This document shows positions 12,498-27,080 of a stretch of 64,000 nt of DNA, one piece after another. The stretch lies in the NCBI GenBank assembly GCA_951406725.2, contig OX597814.1:37882001-37946000 (forward strand), in the 5' to 3' direction. A model generated the notes under the pieces. It was given only the letters and a program-made list of their open reading frames with translations. It was not told the origin of the DNA and searched no databases. The position numbers were made by a program, and so were the translations under genes. The stretch's first letter is position 1. Each line of letters begins with the position of its first letter. The DNA comes from Octopus vulgaris. Its lineage: Eukaryota.

Positions 12498-13878
12498 AAT
12501 TGTTAAAGAGAGTAACAAACGTTAAGGCAAGGCAAACATATCAAGCAATATACATCATTACTATTGGAAACAATTCAGAGTCTTGCTGCTGTTTCTGGGA
12601 TATCCCAGAATATGAGATATTTCGTCATTAGAGACGAGACAAAGCGGGAAAATTAGAAGGGTATAGATTAATGAGATGACGAGATAAAGGGCAGGAGTAA
12701 AGGAGTAATGAGATGTAGGAAGGTAAGGAAAAAGAAACATGGAAGTTCACAGTTCAACTTTCCGATCGTGTAGAAGTAAGCCGTAAGTCCTTAGGTACGA
12801 TCTTGCATAAATGCGTGTAGTTTGAAATCTTGCTAGTGTAAACACTCAGAATTAAATGAGAATATAACATTCAATAACAGAATGGTAGCGGAAGTGGGTA
12901 TTTAGTGATAAAGAGAAATAAAAATAAATAAACAGAAGGGGAGGTAGAGAGAGTGAGGGTTAGTTAAGGATTGGTGCTAAGGATAAAGTAAAGTATATAA
13001 AAATATAGTGTCTAAGGATATAGTGTACAAAAATATCCAAGAAGATGAGAGAGAGGAGGAGGATGTAAATGAAGATAGCATAAAAAAGCAAAATAAACAA
13101 AATTAAGTAAAATTAAAGGAGTTAAATAGAATAGTAGGTGCTAATAGTATTGTTCTAGTCTATAGGGGTTAGAGAGGAAATCTAGTAGTAAATTCATATA
13201 TCCGATTTGTAGAGTTATTTTTAGCAATGTGGTTATAGGTGTGTACGTAGTCATGAATGGAGTAGAAGTTAGAATTAAATATTAGGAGATTTATTAGGTC
13301 AAGGTTTAAAAATACATTAAAGAATTAATATATATCTTATAATATGATGAGTTATGTTTGATAGAAGAGATACAAAGTGGTATGTGTTAACGATCATTGA
13401 GGTTTGTATATGGGTGCTATTCGTTGGGGGCAAATTTACATTCGGCTTTGTGGAAGAATAAAAAAAGTGCGGAAGAATGTGTGCTTACACGTTGTCAAGG
13501 CATCGTTATGTTTATTAACAATTATGGCGAGTTATGGGTTAATATCTTGAGAGCTTCTTTTAGCATAGACTACAAATGGAGTGCTGGCTCTGATATGGGA
13601 TGCCAGAGTGTATTATAGATCACAAACGTTAATATTGTATTTTTTCTAGTATATTTTCTCTCTCTTCATCTTCTTATTCTGTTACTGCTGTTCTCTATGT
13701 CGTCACTTCATTACTCTCTACCTTTCTAATGTTCCCTACTTTCACCGTTCACGGAATATTCCATGCTGTGGGATATCTCAGAAACAGCTGTAAGACATTG
13801 AATCTTTTCAAGAAATAATAGTGTATACGACTTGATATGTTTATCTTGCCTTAACGTTTGTGATCCACTCTAACAATT
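12498..13878 (-). mobile_element. Probable PLE remnant with inverted terminal repeat (pLTR) copies carrying hammerhead remnants
   Basis: 12498-12625 and 13751-13878 are diverged inverted copies. The minus copy reads gtct-CTAATGA..GAAACAGCAGCA-agac; the plus copy keeps GAAACAGCTGTA-agac. Confidence 0.5.
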
Positions 13879-13889
13879 CTCTCTCTCTC

Positions 13890-14046
<157 letters not shown>

Positions 14047-17000
14047 CACTGATAGCAACTTCGGAATATATTCTACGTACATTTCTCTTTCACATTGCTT
14101 CTACATATGTTCATGCACACTAGCATCACGTATCCACGTATGTACAAAGGCATATGCACAAACACTGACACAGAAACCCACTCACATACATAGACATATG
14201 CTTCAATTTCATGTATGTTTTAACTTCCATTAACTGTTTAAAACTAAAATTGTTCCATTTGTTAAGCTTAATACAGCACTTTGAAATTTGTTGAAAAATT
14301 CAACATCATAAATGATATTTGTATAAAATATCACCATGAACGCAAAAAAAATATTAGTGTTTTATAAACACGTTGAAGAGATAACGATTTATATAAATGA
14401 TGCTCTTGGAGAAAATAAGCTTTTTTTCGGCTGCGTTGGATTTTACTATCGTTGGAAGTACTAATCATTTTAGAAAGATCGCCATAACATACTACTCAAA
14501 GTCTGAAAAGTTATTTAGCATTAGAAACATTGAGCTCTTATTAGCTTTTTCACACTTTTCGTTTCTTTACGAGTTTCTTCTGTGATATGTATTAAACATA
14601 ACATAGACTGTTTTAACGTTTCATAAATTTTCGAATTCAGACATTACCTATTAGCTATTTGCGATACAAGTATCTGTAAAGCCACTGGCTTTCTTTATGT
14701 CGCTCCCGAGGGAATTTGACAACTGTCTTGCTGGACGCCTGTCATTAACAATCTCTAGAAATGTCGAACTAAAGGGGTCTGATAGCTCCCAAGTTCGCAG
14801 CGGATGGTTTGCGGCATTCAGCGATATAAACGCGATTGATTATAGGCATTACAAGTCCATATAAGTGGTTGTCTAATGGTAAACAAAATAGTATCTTATG
14901 TTCCAACGAAACATTCACTTTAGTAACTATTTCTTAATAAAATATTTAACATACAAATTGTAGAATTTTCACATTACACTGCAAAGTGTTTTGTTTTGTT
15001 TCTTTTGATAAATTAATATTTGGTACCTTCAAGTATTTCGTTCTCGGATTTTGATTGTCTACACATACGAAGATTTATAATTTTCAGTTTATAACTGAAA
15101 CCGAGATATGTGTTCAGCATTCTAGAAGTAAACTAAATTAAATGTTTAATTAATCCGGTCACAAATCACTAAAATATCTGGAATGCAATATAAGTAATAA
15201 AAAAAAATATTAAAGATGTATTGATGAACAAAACAACATTGCTGACAGAATGAGAATTAAACTTGATTTTCTATTTGCCCAAGAATTTTTTCGCTCAATG
15301 CTAAATTCCACATATATGATGAAGTATTAGTCGTCATACATGAATACTTCCTCATTGAACAGAGATGTCTGAAATTACTGAATAGGGCAATATTGAGGTT
15401 AATTTTACTTCTAGTTCATGCATGAAGAACATTTGGTAGAGAAAATAGAATAATACATGCAACCATTACGGATCTGCAAATAACATCAAACTTTTAATTA
15501 AATCGTCATGATGGAAGGTAAATATCAGAAAAGCTACAGCAATCATTCTTCATTATTCAGAAATAAATTGAAAAGTAATTACCGTACGTCTCTGCAGGTA
15601 TATAAATGTGATTTCAATGTTAATGACATTGATATCTTCGGGTTGCATGAGGAAAGTAGGGAACTCAATATATGAATCACAAACAAATAATCATTTCGAA
15701 TTGTAACAGAAGTTAAAACAAATACCAAAGAATCTACGGAATGCAAACCTTGATTTTCATTAACCGTAACTCTTTAATAACATGTCATCCAAGATATAAA
15801 TTCTGATATTTACATACATTTAATCAGATATAGCTGTGTAAATGATATATCTTATTGCTAAATTATCAAAGAATATATTATATGAAAAGTAAATTGACTG
15901 AGCGATGAGAATATCAGATAGAAAGGGCTGCTCCATTTGTTGGACTCACCTCAATTTTAGTTCAAATCACACTGAATTCCATGTCATTTCAATAATATCG
16001 GGGTCCATAATATAATAGGAATTTAATTAGAAAATTCTTAGAACATGATGCGGAAGGTCTTAAGACATCTCTTCAATAATTTTACTTTCTGTTACCAAAA
16101 TTACGAAATTTGATTGGAAACATTATCGGCTCTTGTCTTGCCTACATATGAAGAATATCGGCAAAGTAGAGAGGAGAAAATCGCATGCATCTGCAACAGA
16201 TGATCCTTCGAACAAAAAGTTCATCCTGGCTTAGACATAAACCACAGGCACATGCTAGGATCTAATGAGCAAACAATTACATACATATACATATCTGGCA
16301 GAAATATCTAATCTTAAATAACATGTGCAAATTAGTGATAATATTTTAATGTCATTAAAATAAAGTTAAATCTAACGATGTTGTGCATATATCTTTATTA
16401 GAAAATTGCGTGGAAATTCAATATTTTTGCAAACTAGTTTCAGATTTAAGTATTGATATTTATAATATTACTTCCTAACCACCACCCAAGTAATGAAGAC
16501 AATTTTTTTAAAGTCATAGAATTATTATGGATGGAAAACGCGCGTCTTTTGTTTGCGCTAAATACGTTGCTCTACAATTACTGGTATAGGAAGGTAATAT
16601 TTTATTCTTGTCCTACATGCAACTTTACATGCGTGGTTACCCAATAAGGCTATTATGAAATAACAGGACCATCAAGAATTATCAATAATGGATGAACAGT
16701 GCATTCGTTAGCGACGTTTAGTCCTTATATAAATATTAAATTGCCAAATTTCAAAGAATATATTTGCCGCAACTTCATATATCATATGATGTCATTAACA
16801 ATATTCTTATTTTAGAAAAAATTCTAAACATCTTAATACTAACGTAACGTAGTTATGCATGATCCATTGAATGTCACTTGGCAAATATTGAACTAGTGAA
16901 ATGTTAGTTATATTATTGTATGATTTCCTCAAATGCTTAGTATAATTTGCTTCGAGACATACTAGACATTATCTACAATTATCTGGAGTAAACATAAAAG

Positions 17001-17863
17001 GAAAGTTTGCATCTAATCCAAATGTCGTTATTCCGATTAGCAATCGAATACAAGACACACACATGCTCATATATATATAACCCACATACTAGATATCTAG
17101 TCGAAATGAGCGATATCTTCCGCTTATACACACATGCTCATTAGTTTACAATTATTGCAAATAATCGGATTATATCGGGTAATATCTACAAAAGATCATG
17201 CTTAAGTATTATGTCAGCAAAACTCGAGAAGTAACTAGTAAGAAAATCTATCCAACTACAATACGTATAGTGTACATAATTTTTTTTGGTCATATTCGTA
17301 AGCTGCAATTAGGATTTGTATTCTACACCCTTTGATCGTATCAAACTAAAAGAAAGAGAAATATCACTGTTTTCCATTCACGTGTAGACTGGTTGTACAT
17401 TAACCTTAACTTAGAAATGCGACAATTTATTACTCGCTTTTGTTTTCTCTTTCAACGTTGATTTAATCAGAGCATATTTGCGCAAGTATTTGGTTTTAGA
17501 AGTGCTGTTTTCGCTTTTTACATTCTTTCAGGTAAGAATCGAATATTATTTCCTATACAACTCACACATTATTAAATGCAATAAACTGTAAAACACACGA
17601 TACCAAATTACTACCAGCGTAAAAGTTTGGTGAATAAGCTAAAAGAGAAACAACATTCTATGAACTCCTTTAACTGACTGTTTGATGTGTAATGAGTACG
17701 ATTATTATGTTATTACATCTCACAATGCGATTACGTGATTTCACAGGAGCTGCCTTCGACAAGAAGTGAAGTAGTCAATCATAACTTTCGAAAAGAGCAG
17801 AAATGTGTCGAAATGTATGCTTACAAGCACACGTAGTTATACACGTTATATACACAAATAGAT

Positions 17864-17902
<39 letters not shown>

Positions 17903-18483
17903 AATATACATATATATATATATATAGATGGTAATATAAAATAACCTTGTACATTATTATTTTATTCAGATGATAATATCGACATTTAAACAGAACGTCT
18001 TAGATGTCGTTGTTTGCATAATATTATATATTGTCTGACTAAACAAGCTATTGCCGACGAAATAACAAGAAACAAAGGTATACATATTTTTGAGGAATTA
18101 TATTTTGGCACTTCTATCATAATTTCACTAACGTGATAATCCCAGATGAACCATAAACTAGTCCAAGATGAAAGAAACCAGCAAGGGAATGGGGATTATA
18201 TAAATTAGTTATTACATCAATGAAACTTCTCAGCTCCCCGATGAACACAGTATTATTGAATTAACAATTGCAACGAAACATAAAGAAACACAAAGGAAAA
18301 TCAATAAAGGCGAAGAAGACATGAATAGTGTCTACATAACTGTAGATAGATTAACAAAATATACCAAACATTCAATTGCTTCAGGGTTTTGATGCAAAAA
18401 CAATATGTCACGTTATTCAGCGCATTATTAGCTGTTGTGTAGAATGTGATATATATATATATGTGTATGTGTGTATGTGTGTA

Positions 18484-18580
<97 letters not shown>

Positions 18581-19090
18581 ATGTGTGTGCGTATATATAT
18601 ATATATGCTTGCGCCTACATGTATACCATTCATTTAGTCGTACGTAGCTGCGCCGTCTACCACAAGTAACAACATCAAATTTAAAAACAAAATATTTCCA
18701 CGCGTGTACTAGGGATAGATTATTTCTAAGTGCAGTTTAATGCATGATATTTATAGTTCCTTGTTAGCAACTATGTTTGCGATGTATGGGAATAACAATC
18801 CAAAATGTGGGACCAAATAAGTAAAATCCAGTCTACGTATGTTTCCTGACAATCATAACTTAAGAAGTAATAAATATTCAACAAAGTCTACTCCAGTAGC
18901 TACTCATCAGACCGAAGATGCCTTAACTCAAAGATGGTTACGTTTGTCGTCAATAGTTCCTGAGTTAACTAGCAGAAGGTTTGATCAAATCAACTTCTTA
19001 GGAAGTGCAGTGTTCACATCAAAGGAAGCCTATTTATGTGATTGTTGCAAAGTATTCATTATTTATTTTGATATGGTAATTGTGAATCGA

Positions 19091-19137
<47 letters not shown>

Positions 19138-20289
19138 AGTACCATAGTGTACACAAATATATAGACAGATATAAGTTCCATTTAATAACAGGTAATATGT
19201 AGAAGTTTTCTTTTAGCTGAAACAGACAAAATTGTAGAGTGTCAACGTATAATTGATTCGCTGAAATATATAGCATAGGTGAAAAATATAGCATTATCTT
19301 CTATCTAAAGAAAGTGCAACTTGCGTTATGATATCTTCTACGAAATATTGAATTGCTGAAAGGTCTATGAATAAATTTATAAAACTATTTATGTAATATT
19401 AATTTACCCATTTATGCAAGTATATTTAAATGAGTGCCAGTTGCAAGTGCATGCGGGAATATATATGTATGCATATACACATGCTCATATGCATGATACG
19501 CGCGCGAACACACAATACGGTATCAGCATAGTATGAATATAATACATATAGTATCAATATAATACAAACAATATTTTATTTATTTAAGGCAATAGAAAAC
19601 GCCATGTAATTCAATAAGTAACTAGTAGTATTATAGTTTATTGACTAAGTTCTTATCAAACACGTCATCAATGTTTATGAAAAGTACAAAATATAGCTTA
19701 TATGCACAATGTAATCTCCTTTATTGCAAATTATCAACAGCACCATGAAGTGACGCAACACATACCGACAGGGTCGTAAATGTTATCGAATTGACTTGTC
19801 GGAGTCAAGGCTATGTCCTTTCACTCCATATCAGCAGATTCAAAACAGCAGTTGCATTAGCATCCTAGCAAATAGGAAACAGAATTGTTTTTAGAAATGA
19901 CTCTAAACTAATGCATATCACATGAGCTGAGCAAAATATTATAAATTGAAAACTATTCGTGAAACATCATTTATCCTGAACGAATAAATAACGAAGAATA
20001 TTTCGGTATCATTGAATGTTAGTTGGTACTCTTAAATATCAGTGCAATAAAAATGACGGTCCATTGTTACGGAATGAATGCCTAAAGCTTACATTGTTTA
20101 CTTTCATTATGTTACAATTCACAAATACCTTTTTTCTTCAACGAAAATAGTTGCGCTCTCCAAAATTAGTTAATGCTTCTAAGCTGTTATTTTGATGCAG
20201 TTTTCTTTAAATATTTGCACAGTATCAATACTTGCACAGGGTGTGTTGCAAGCTATTTCTCTGCTTCAATATACACAGAGACACACATA

Positions 20290-20355
<66 letters not shown>

Positions 20356-23300
20356 CTTACGCATATAATATATATATATATATATTATATATATTTGCCA
20401 GCGGTGTTTGCATGACAAGATATACATCATGAAAACATAAGACTTGATGCTATACGCTGAAATATATAAATTGTAGTTCCTAAGAAGATCTAAATAAAAT
20501 ACATTTTCATTTATATTTTTTATATTTAGATTTGATTCATGATGCTACTTTTGGTTTAAAATATAAAAGGTACACGGATTTATTATTTCTGAGACATTGA
20601 AGTTTCTGCTTTATCTTAGTTGAAATTATGGATTAGGCGATATATTTGTATACAATCATATAAATGTTGTACTATAATGTAAGCATTATTTTATTAGTCA
20701 GCGATCCAAATCAATAGCTTTTTTTAAGAAGCTTCTGGTATAGAACATACTCCCGTTATAATTTTGTTTAAAATGTTCCAAACCTCAGAAATATATTAGT
20801 TTTTCTCTTATATATCATAGTATTATCCGATTGTATACACGAAATCCCTTATCAGAGCCCTTGCAACATTAGTTTTAGGCATGTCAAAAATTTTTCTTTG
20901 AACGTAACAACATTCTCCAAAGGTTTTCATCTGACACCAGTAGATGTTATGTGATAATGCTTGGTGTTGGATAAAATTTTATTCTTTCATGACAATCGTT
21001 TCAACAGATGTAAATGCGCAACATTCAAGCCTTTATAAAATTTCTCTTATTTTATCTTTTCTTCCTTTAATGCCTGCATGCCTAATTCTCCTGTTTCAAA
21101 ATTTTCCCTCTCTTAACAGTTTTTCTGTATAATAGTTCTTATTCACTTCCCTCTGACATTTTGTTTGTTTGTGTTCCTGTTTGGTGCATTGCGTGTCACA
21201 AAGCACACGATATTTTACAAGCCGGTTTATGCCTTCAAAACTTATCTTCCCTTAAGTTTCTGGTTCGACAGAGTGCAAAATGTTCTTCCACTTTTATTCT
21301 CCTTCGAGTTCCAGAATCTGTCATAAATCTAATAATTTGCTTCTCTATACCTTGATAATGTCTGTGCAATTAGATCTTCCTATGACTTTCCTTTTTCTTC
21401 CCAAAAGTTTCTTGAAATCTAGAATTTGAAAAGCCATCGAATTTTATTTCATGGCCATGAAAACATAGCTTCCTTTTGTCCCAATTCGTGATACTGTTTG
21501 TATGTGATTTATTATGGCAATAGGTCATTTTCCGGATATTAATGAATCCGTATGAGGTATCTCAAATATTTTGCATCTGATTTTTATTTTCTTTCATGCA
21601 TTTCTGTCGCACTATTTTGCTTCACTTTGATTGGTACCGCCGTTGCATGCACCCAAATGCATTTGGATAAGTACACGAAATAGGTGTAATGTGATGGATA
21701 TTTCAGGAAAATATGTAGTAGCGTTAAGTTCGGCTGATGAAGTGAAGTATGATTTTTCATACGGAAAGCGAAATTAATTTACGTATTCCTTAATTCTGAT
21801 TCCATGGAAGGTAAGCCTGTTTCTGCTACGTTTGTTACACTAGCCGTGTGCATTTTAATTGTCAGTAAATTGTTGTTTGAGGGTGGTAGCACAGTTTATA
21901 GCAAGTATTATTTTAAATAACCAATTGTATTTTTAATTTTGCTTGTATTTTGCCTGTAAAGGTACTGACTTTCTAGACACTCTATTATTATCATGATTAT
22001 TATTAATAACGGTAATAATACGTATGTAATTTAAAATTATACAGCCTCACGATAAGTTCGTTTTGAATGTCGCAAGGGCATTTAAATGCAACAACGCATA
22101 CGGTGCAATGTAATGAACATTTCAGAAATACATTTATCGTTAAGTTCGGCTGGCGAACTTAAGTATGATTTGCCATGCAGAAAGCGAAACCAGTAATGTC
22201 TACGTGCGCGCTCCTTTGTATCAAGCAGATTTACTTTCATGTTGTTCATCTATAAGATGCTACAATAGTTTATATTTTTCTAAATTGCCATTCACCAAAA
22301 GCCACATGTTTGGAGACAAAGCTGGTGTATCCCGTGTTTACGGCACAAAAGAAAAACAAAAACTTTCCTGGATGACGCTCTAATTATAAAAGTGAGAATA
22401 CTTGAACATTGATTATGTATCTTCTCTAGTATCCATTCTGTGAATTTATATGATTTGCATAAAAGAAATACATTGGAATTTCACATTTATTGTTGCTGTA
22501 CAATGTGAATCTATATTTATATATCTTAATATAATTTTCAAACATTTGAATTCTTCAGTATCATCCCGTTAAAATTCCATCAGTATTTACGCTTATACAA
22601 AATTTTTGTTTCGTAGTTCTTGTTTACATGTTTCTAAAATTTCGATCTCAAGCACTAAGTCATGTTTATTATAACTTTATCACCAAGCAAAATTTTGTAC
22701 TGATACTGCGTAAAACATTACAGGGGAAAGTGTTTCAATGCGAAATACATATTAAATATCAAATAAGCAAGAAATGACGACTAGGGTCAAATTTTAGCAC
22801 TAATGGCTAGTGCAGATGGCGGTTTAGGAGTTCTATTATTGCTATGTACATGTATGAAAAGAGAACTAGAGAAGGAAGTTTCGATTTGTAACTGTTATTG
22901 TTCTGTTTTTGCTATCTATTCTCGTTACAGAAAGCTGAAGCAGAATAATGCGTCAAATTTAGATACCTTTTGTAATATGTTTTACATTCTTTCACTTTTT
23001 CAACTTTTTTATTATTTTCATACTGTTTTATCTTTATGAAATATAAATATCTGAGTCCATAAATGTTATCTCTTAGCTTGAATGAATGTTAGCATCATAC
23101 TTAATTTCCGATCAATTGCAGTATGTTAGGTTTACTTTGTTTCCAACATTTCCTTACGAAACAAATACAAATTTTGATTAGTTGATGTAGATAGGTCAGC
23201 ATAATCCTTCAATTGTTTATATATATATATATATGAGTATGTGGGTGTGTGCAGGCTTTTATTTGTGTACTACTTTTTTGTGTGTTTGTGTGGATGTATA

Positions 23301-24199
23301 CAAGTATTTGTGTATGTATTTGGGCATTAGTTTTATGAATTTCACTTCAGTGTATAATTCTCATTTGGAACTTTAGCTTATGATACAGGCTCTATACAGT
23401 TTATTTTATTCATATATCAATTCAATGATAGCAACCTCACTTCTGCCTCCTTTCCATTATTCGGAGATTTGACGTGAGTAAAGGAGGAGGTGGCAACTTA
23501 AAACTACAGAGAATATATAAATAGTTATGTGTTACAGTTGTTATTTCTACATTTTAATTCGTGTGATAAAATTGAACATGCCATTATTTCCATTAATATA
23601 AAGCGTGCGTTGAGCATTAGAGTAACATTGCAGAAACACAAATGCAAGGATTTGCAATATTAATCTTTTTGGTGTATCATTTTATTTTGATTCTTTAATA
23701 CGCAATATATTTCAGGGTTTTAATGTAAATATTTGCAATAGCATTCAAATAAGATTCAGTATTTTATTCTTGATCGAAGTAATACTTTTGCTTTGACATT
23801 TGTAAATTTATCTGCTACTTCAAATTAATTTCTGAATATTGGGACTCATGTACTTTAATAAAAATTCTTTTGTCAGCCATAAATGAAATTCTATTTCAGA
23901 TTTCTTCTTTAATGTATTTCGTCATTTTTGGTTTTGAAAAATAGTCTTCTTGAAAGTTATCTCTGACACTGCATCTTTAAAGGAATTTCTACATCTTAAT
24001 TGATAGAAATAATATTTATTTCTATAATTTATAACAAGTCTACGAACTGTGTAACGATCGTATATTCGCTTAAAATTATCCATTTAGACATTTAGAATAC
24101 ATTTTGCAAGTAATCCCTACCAAATATGTTTGTGCTATAGGAGAGAATGTGGTATTATGCACATGATGAAACCACAAAAGGAAAAAATGGAATACTCAT

Positions 24200-25060
24200 A
24201 CCTATTCATATTAATAAGTATGGGTCTAATTCTGTAGATACTAAATACCTGGTTGTTATAAATAATATGTTGCGGGAAAATAGATGGGATTAAGAAAGTA
24301 ACATTAAAACAGGAGACTGAGAGCACTATACTTGCAGCAAAAGCCCAAGCTTTGGCCACAAACTGGAGTGTCAACATTGGGAATGACCAAGTGTCTCCGC
24401 TATACCGCGTCTGTAATAGAGTACATGAACTATTGCCCATCTCACAAACAAATGCCCAAGACCACTACAAGTTGCAGCAACATCGTCAGGTAGCGTAAGT
24501 GTTCCATTGCAAACTGTGTGAAAATTGGGGCCTAGAGGGGTAAGACGTAGAATGAGCACAAACTGCAGAGAAGAGTGGATTCCGAGACTAGGAACATCGT
24601 CACGGATTTCCCAATCCAAACAGATCAGGTCGGAACATAACAGACTAGGCCTAGTGGTGGTCGACAAGGTACACCACATATGCTATATAGTTAAAGTAGC
24701 ATGTCCATTTGACCCACGAATAGTGAAGAAGGAAGGCAAAAAATCAATTAAATATAAAACTTATAAGTATGAAATATCCCGGTTATGGAAAATAAAGAAA
24801 GTGAAAGTAGTTCTAATTATTGTTTGGTCGTTGAGTCAGTATCAGAACGCACCAAGAAGAATATAAAGGAAATTGAAATAGAGTGACCAGTAGAGATGTT
24901 TACAAACATTTGCCTCCTTGGTACGAACAGAAAAGTCAAGAAAGTATTCGATAGCTGAAAGTAACTAATAGCATGGTACAGTAGGCTGCAGGTAGCAAGC
25001 CTGTTACGCATTCAAGACTCCAGGAGTTAGAACAAAACTTGTGATAAAAAGAAATAAAGT
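24200..25060 (+). mobile_element. R4/Dong-type LINE 3' fragment (RLE domain), degraded
   Basis: LKQETESTILAAKAQALATN, then HNRLGLVVVDKVHHICYIVKVACPFD..KYKTYKYEISRLWK..VKVVLIIV (ORF 24525-24866). Confidence 0.75.
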
Positions 25061-25149
25061 AATGATAACGGCAATAAATTTAGAAATAATAATTGCGTTA
25101 GGAAAAACATCCAAATTTAATAAGGTATTGAGAAATATAGATAAATAAT

Positions 25150-25930
25150 AAAAAGAATGGATAAAATATATTATATGCTATAATGCATGGTTATCATCTT
25201 CAATAGCTTCTAATATCTTACGTAATTTTTTTCTGCACAAGGTAGGTGGTTCCCACCTTCAAGTAAATATGGGAAATTATATACTCGACATAACGTAAAG
25301 TTTTGTATTCAGCCGCTGGAAATTTGGCTGAAATCATAAGATCATACAATAAACAGAGATTTAAGGAATATCCAAATTCTAAATCTTTAAGCAAAAGTGA
25401 AACATATAATGTATATTGTCAAATCAACTCTAATGAACAAGTTTTTGGTTCTATAACTAATCACGATTCTGATAATACAGTTAGGTTATCATCTAATCTG
25501 AATATTAATTGTAAAAATAATTCCAACTTAAGACCTAATTTACTGAAGAGTACTATAGGAAATACTTTTAAATATGATTACCGAATCTAAGTGAATAAAG
25601 GTCGGTAAAATTATCAAAACAAAATTTTATGCCCTTTAGAAAATCAAGTCTTAAAGAAAAAATATACCATTGTAAGGCAATTGCTGGAGGTCGTATGTAT
25701 TATTACATTTATTCATCTACTACAATTTTGAAATCAAGGTTTTATAATCATTCTCATTTATTTATGTTTAGGGAAAAGTGATTCTACAAATCTTCATAAA
25801 CAGATTTAAGGGAGAAAATTAAGTATGATTTAAACTGGTCTATCATTAGTTATGCACCGTTGTACACTATTTATAATCATAAATGTGATCTTTGCCTTGA
25901 AAAAATCCATTATATAATTATTTCTCAGTT
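25150..25930 (+). mobile_element. Penelope-like element (Naiad/Chlamys-like) thumb and GIY-YIG remnant
   Basis: FPPSSKYGKLYTRHNVK..YS...NLAEIIRSYNK, LCPLENQ, KSRFYNH, LNWSIISYAPLY...KCDLCLEK. Order matches PLE C-termini. Confidence 0.65.
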
Positions 25931-26438
25931 AATTTCATTGAAATTTGATGGTAACTTTACAATAAGGTTTCACCATAAATTTAGAATGACATTAAGGGAA
26001 ATTATTATAAAAAGTTTGATATGATGATTACATAGGCAACTAATTATTATGACGTAAACTATGAAAGATTTTATTCGTAATGACGTAGAACAATTCTTAT
26101 ATGTTTTTAAGTTATCCATGAATTCATCAGTAGTTGTATACAAAAATATCAATTTTAGATTATATTTCAGTATCCATTGACGTCACCGGGAGTTGAGTAC
26201 TAAAATGACTTTTCTTAAAATTGTTTAATTTCATTTTCATAAAATATTTTCGACATCCAATGATATCACGATTAATTGAATGAAGGAACGTTTGAATTCT
26301 TGTAAGAGTTCATTTTCCTTTGCTAGCGTTTATCAAATAGTAACATTTCAGATGTTTAATATGAATTTCATTAATTTGGTATAACCTTGATAACGTTGTG
26401 TTAGGATATCAATTTTAATAATATTTTTATGCATACAA

Positions 26439-26574
<136 letters not shown>

Positions 26575-27080
26575 GTTGCATGGTCGGGTCGTCGGCGACT
26601 AAACCGGCAACCCCACCAAGCTTGTTTGGTGAGGAGGTTGTTTATTGGACAGCCTGTGGGATGAAAAACAAAACCCGTCAAAGGGCCGAGGAATTCTTGA
26701 GAGTCAACGGCCATCCAATAAATGTCTTAAGGCTGGATCATGCGGGTGGACATAGAAATAATCGAACTGAATACCCGATCGCGCAGTTAAACCATTGGGA
26801 GTGAAGATCTCCTAGCCTTTGTTAGGGCATCCTTCTAGGAGAAGGTAACTCAGGTAACTGGGATAACTCCGATAAAAATCCTGCGGCTCAGTGGTTACCG
26901 ATGATGTTGACTTGTTCTTCTTTTCGGATTATGGCTGCTGCTGCTCAGTGAGTGAGAATGACTGAGTGCACAGCCTTTCCCCACTTAAAAAAATCTTCTG
27001 GCACACGCATTGCACGATAACAACATTGATTATGTTTCGTGCAATGGCCTTACTCGATAACGAGGAGGCAGCCACCATGT
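26575..27080 (+). mobile_element. Isolated RTE-type LINE 5' UTR, ending at its ATG
   Basis: GC-richer structured block with the RTE 5'UTR-like motif GGCATCCTTCTAGGAGAAGGTAACTC and paired TGGCTGC..GCAGCCA, ending GCCACCATG. No ORF follows. Confidence 0.55.

Noticed and set aside
18828-18915. Minus-strand CTGATGA...GAAACATACGTA-gactgg
   Set aside because: Stem I pairs only if the core C is used in it, and stem II does not close. Possibly a decayed hammerhead, but not supportable.
20950-21500. Possible very old RTE RT fragment on the minus strand
   Set aside because: Only vague similarity by eye, with no intact motif.
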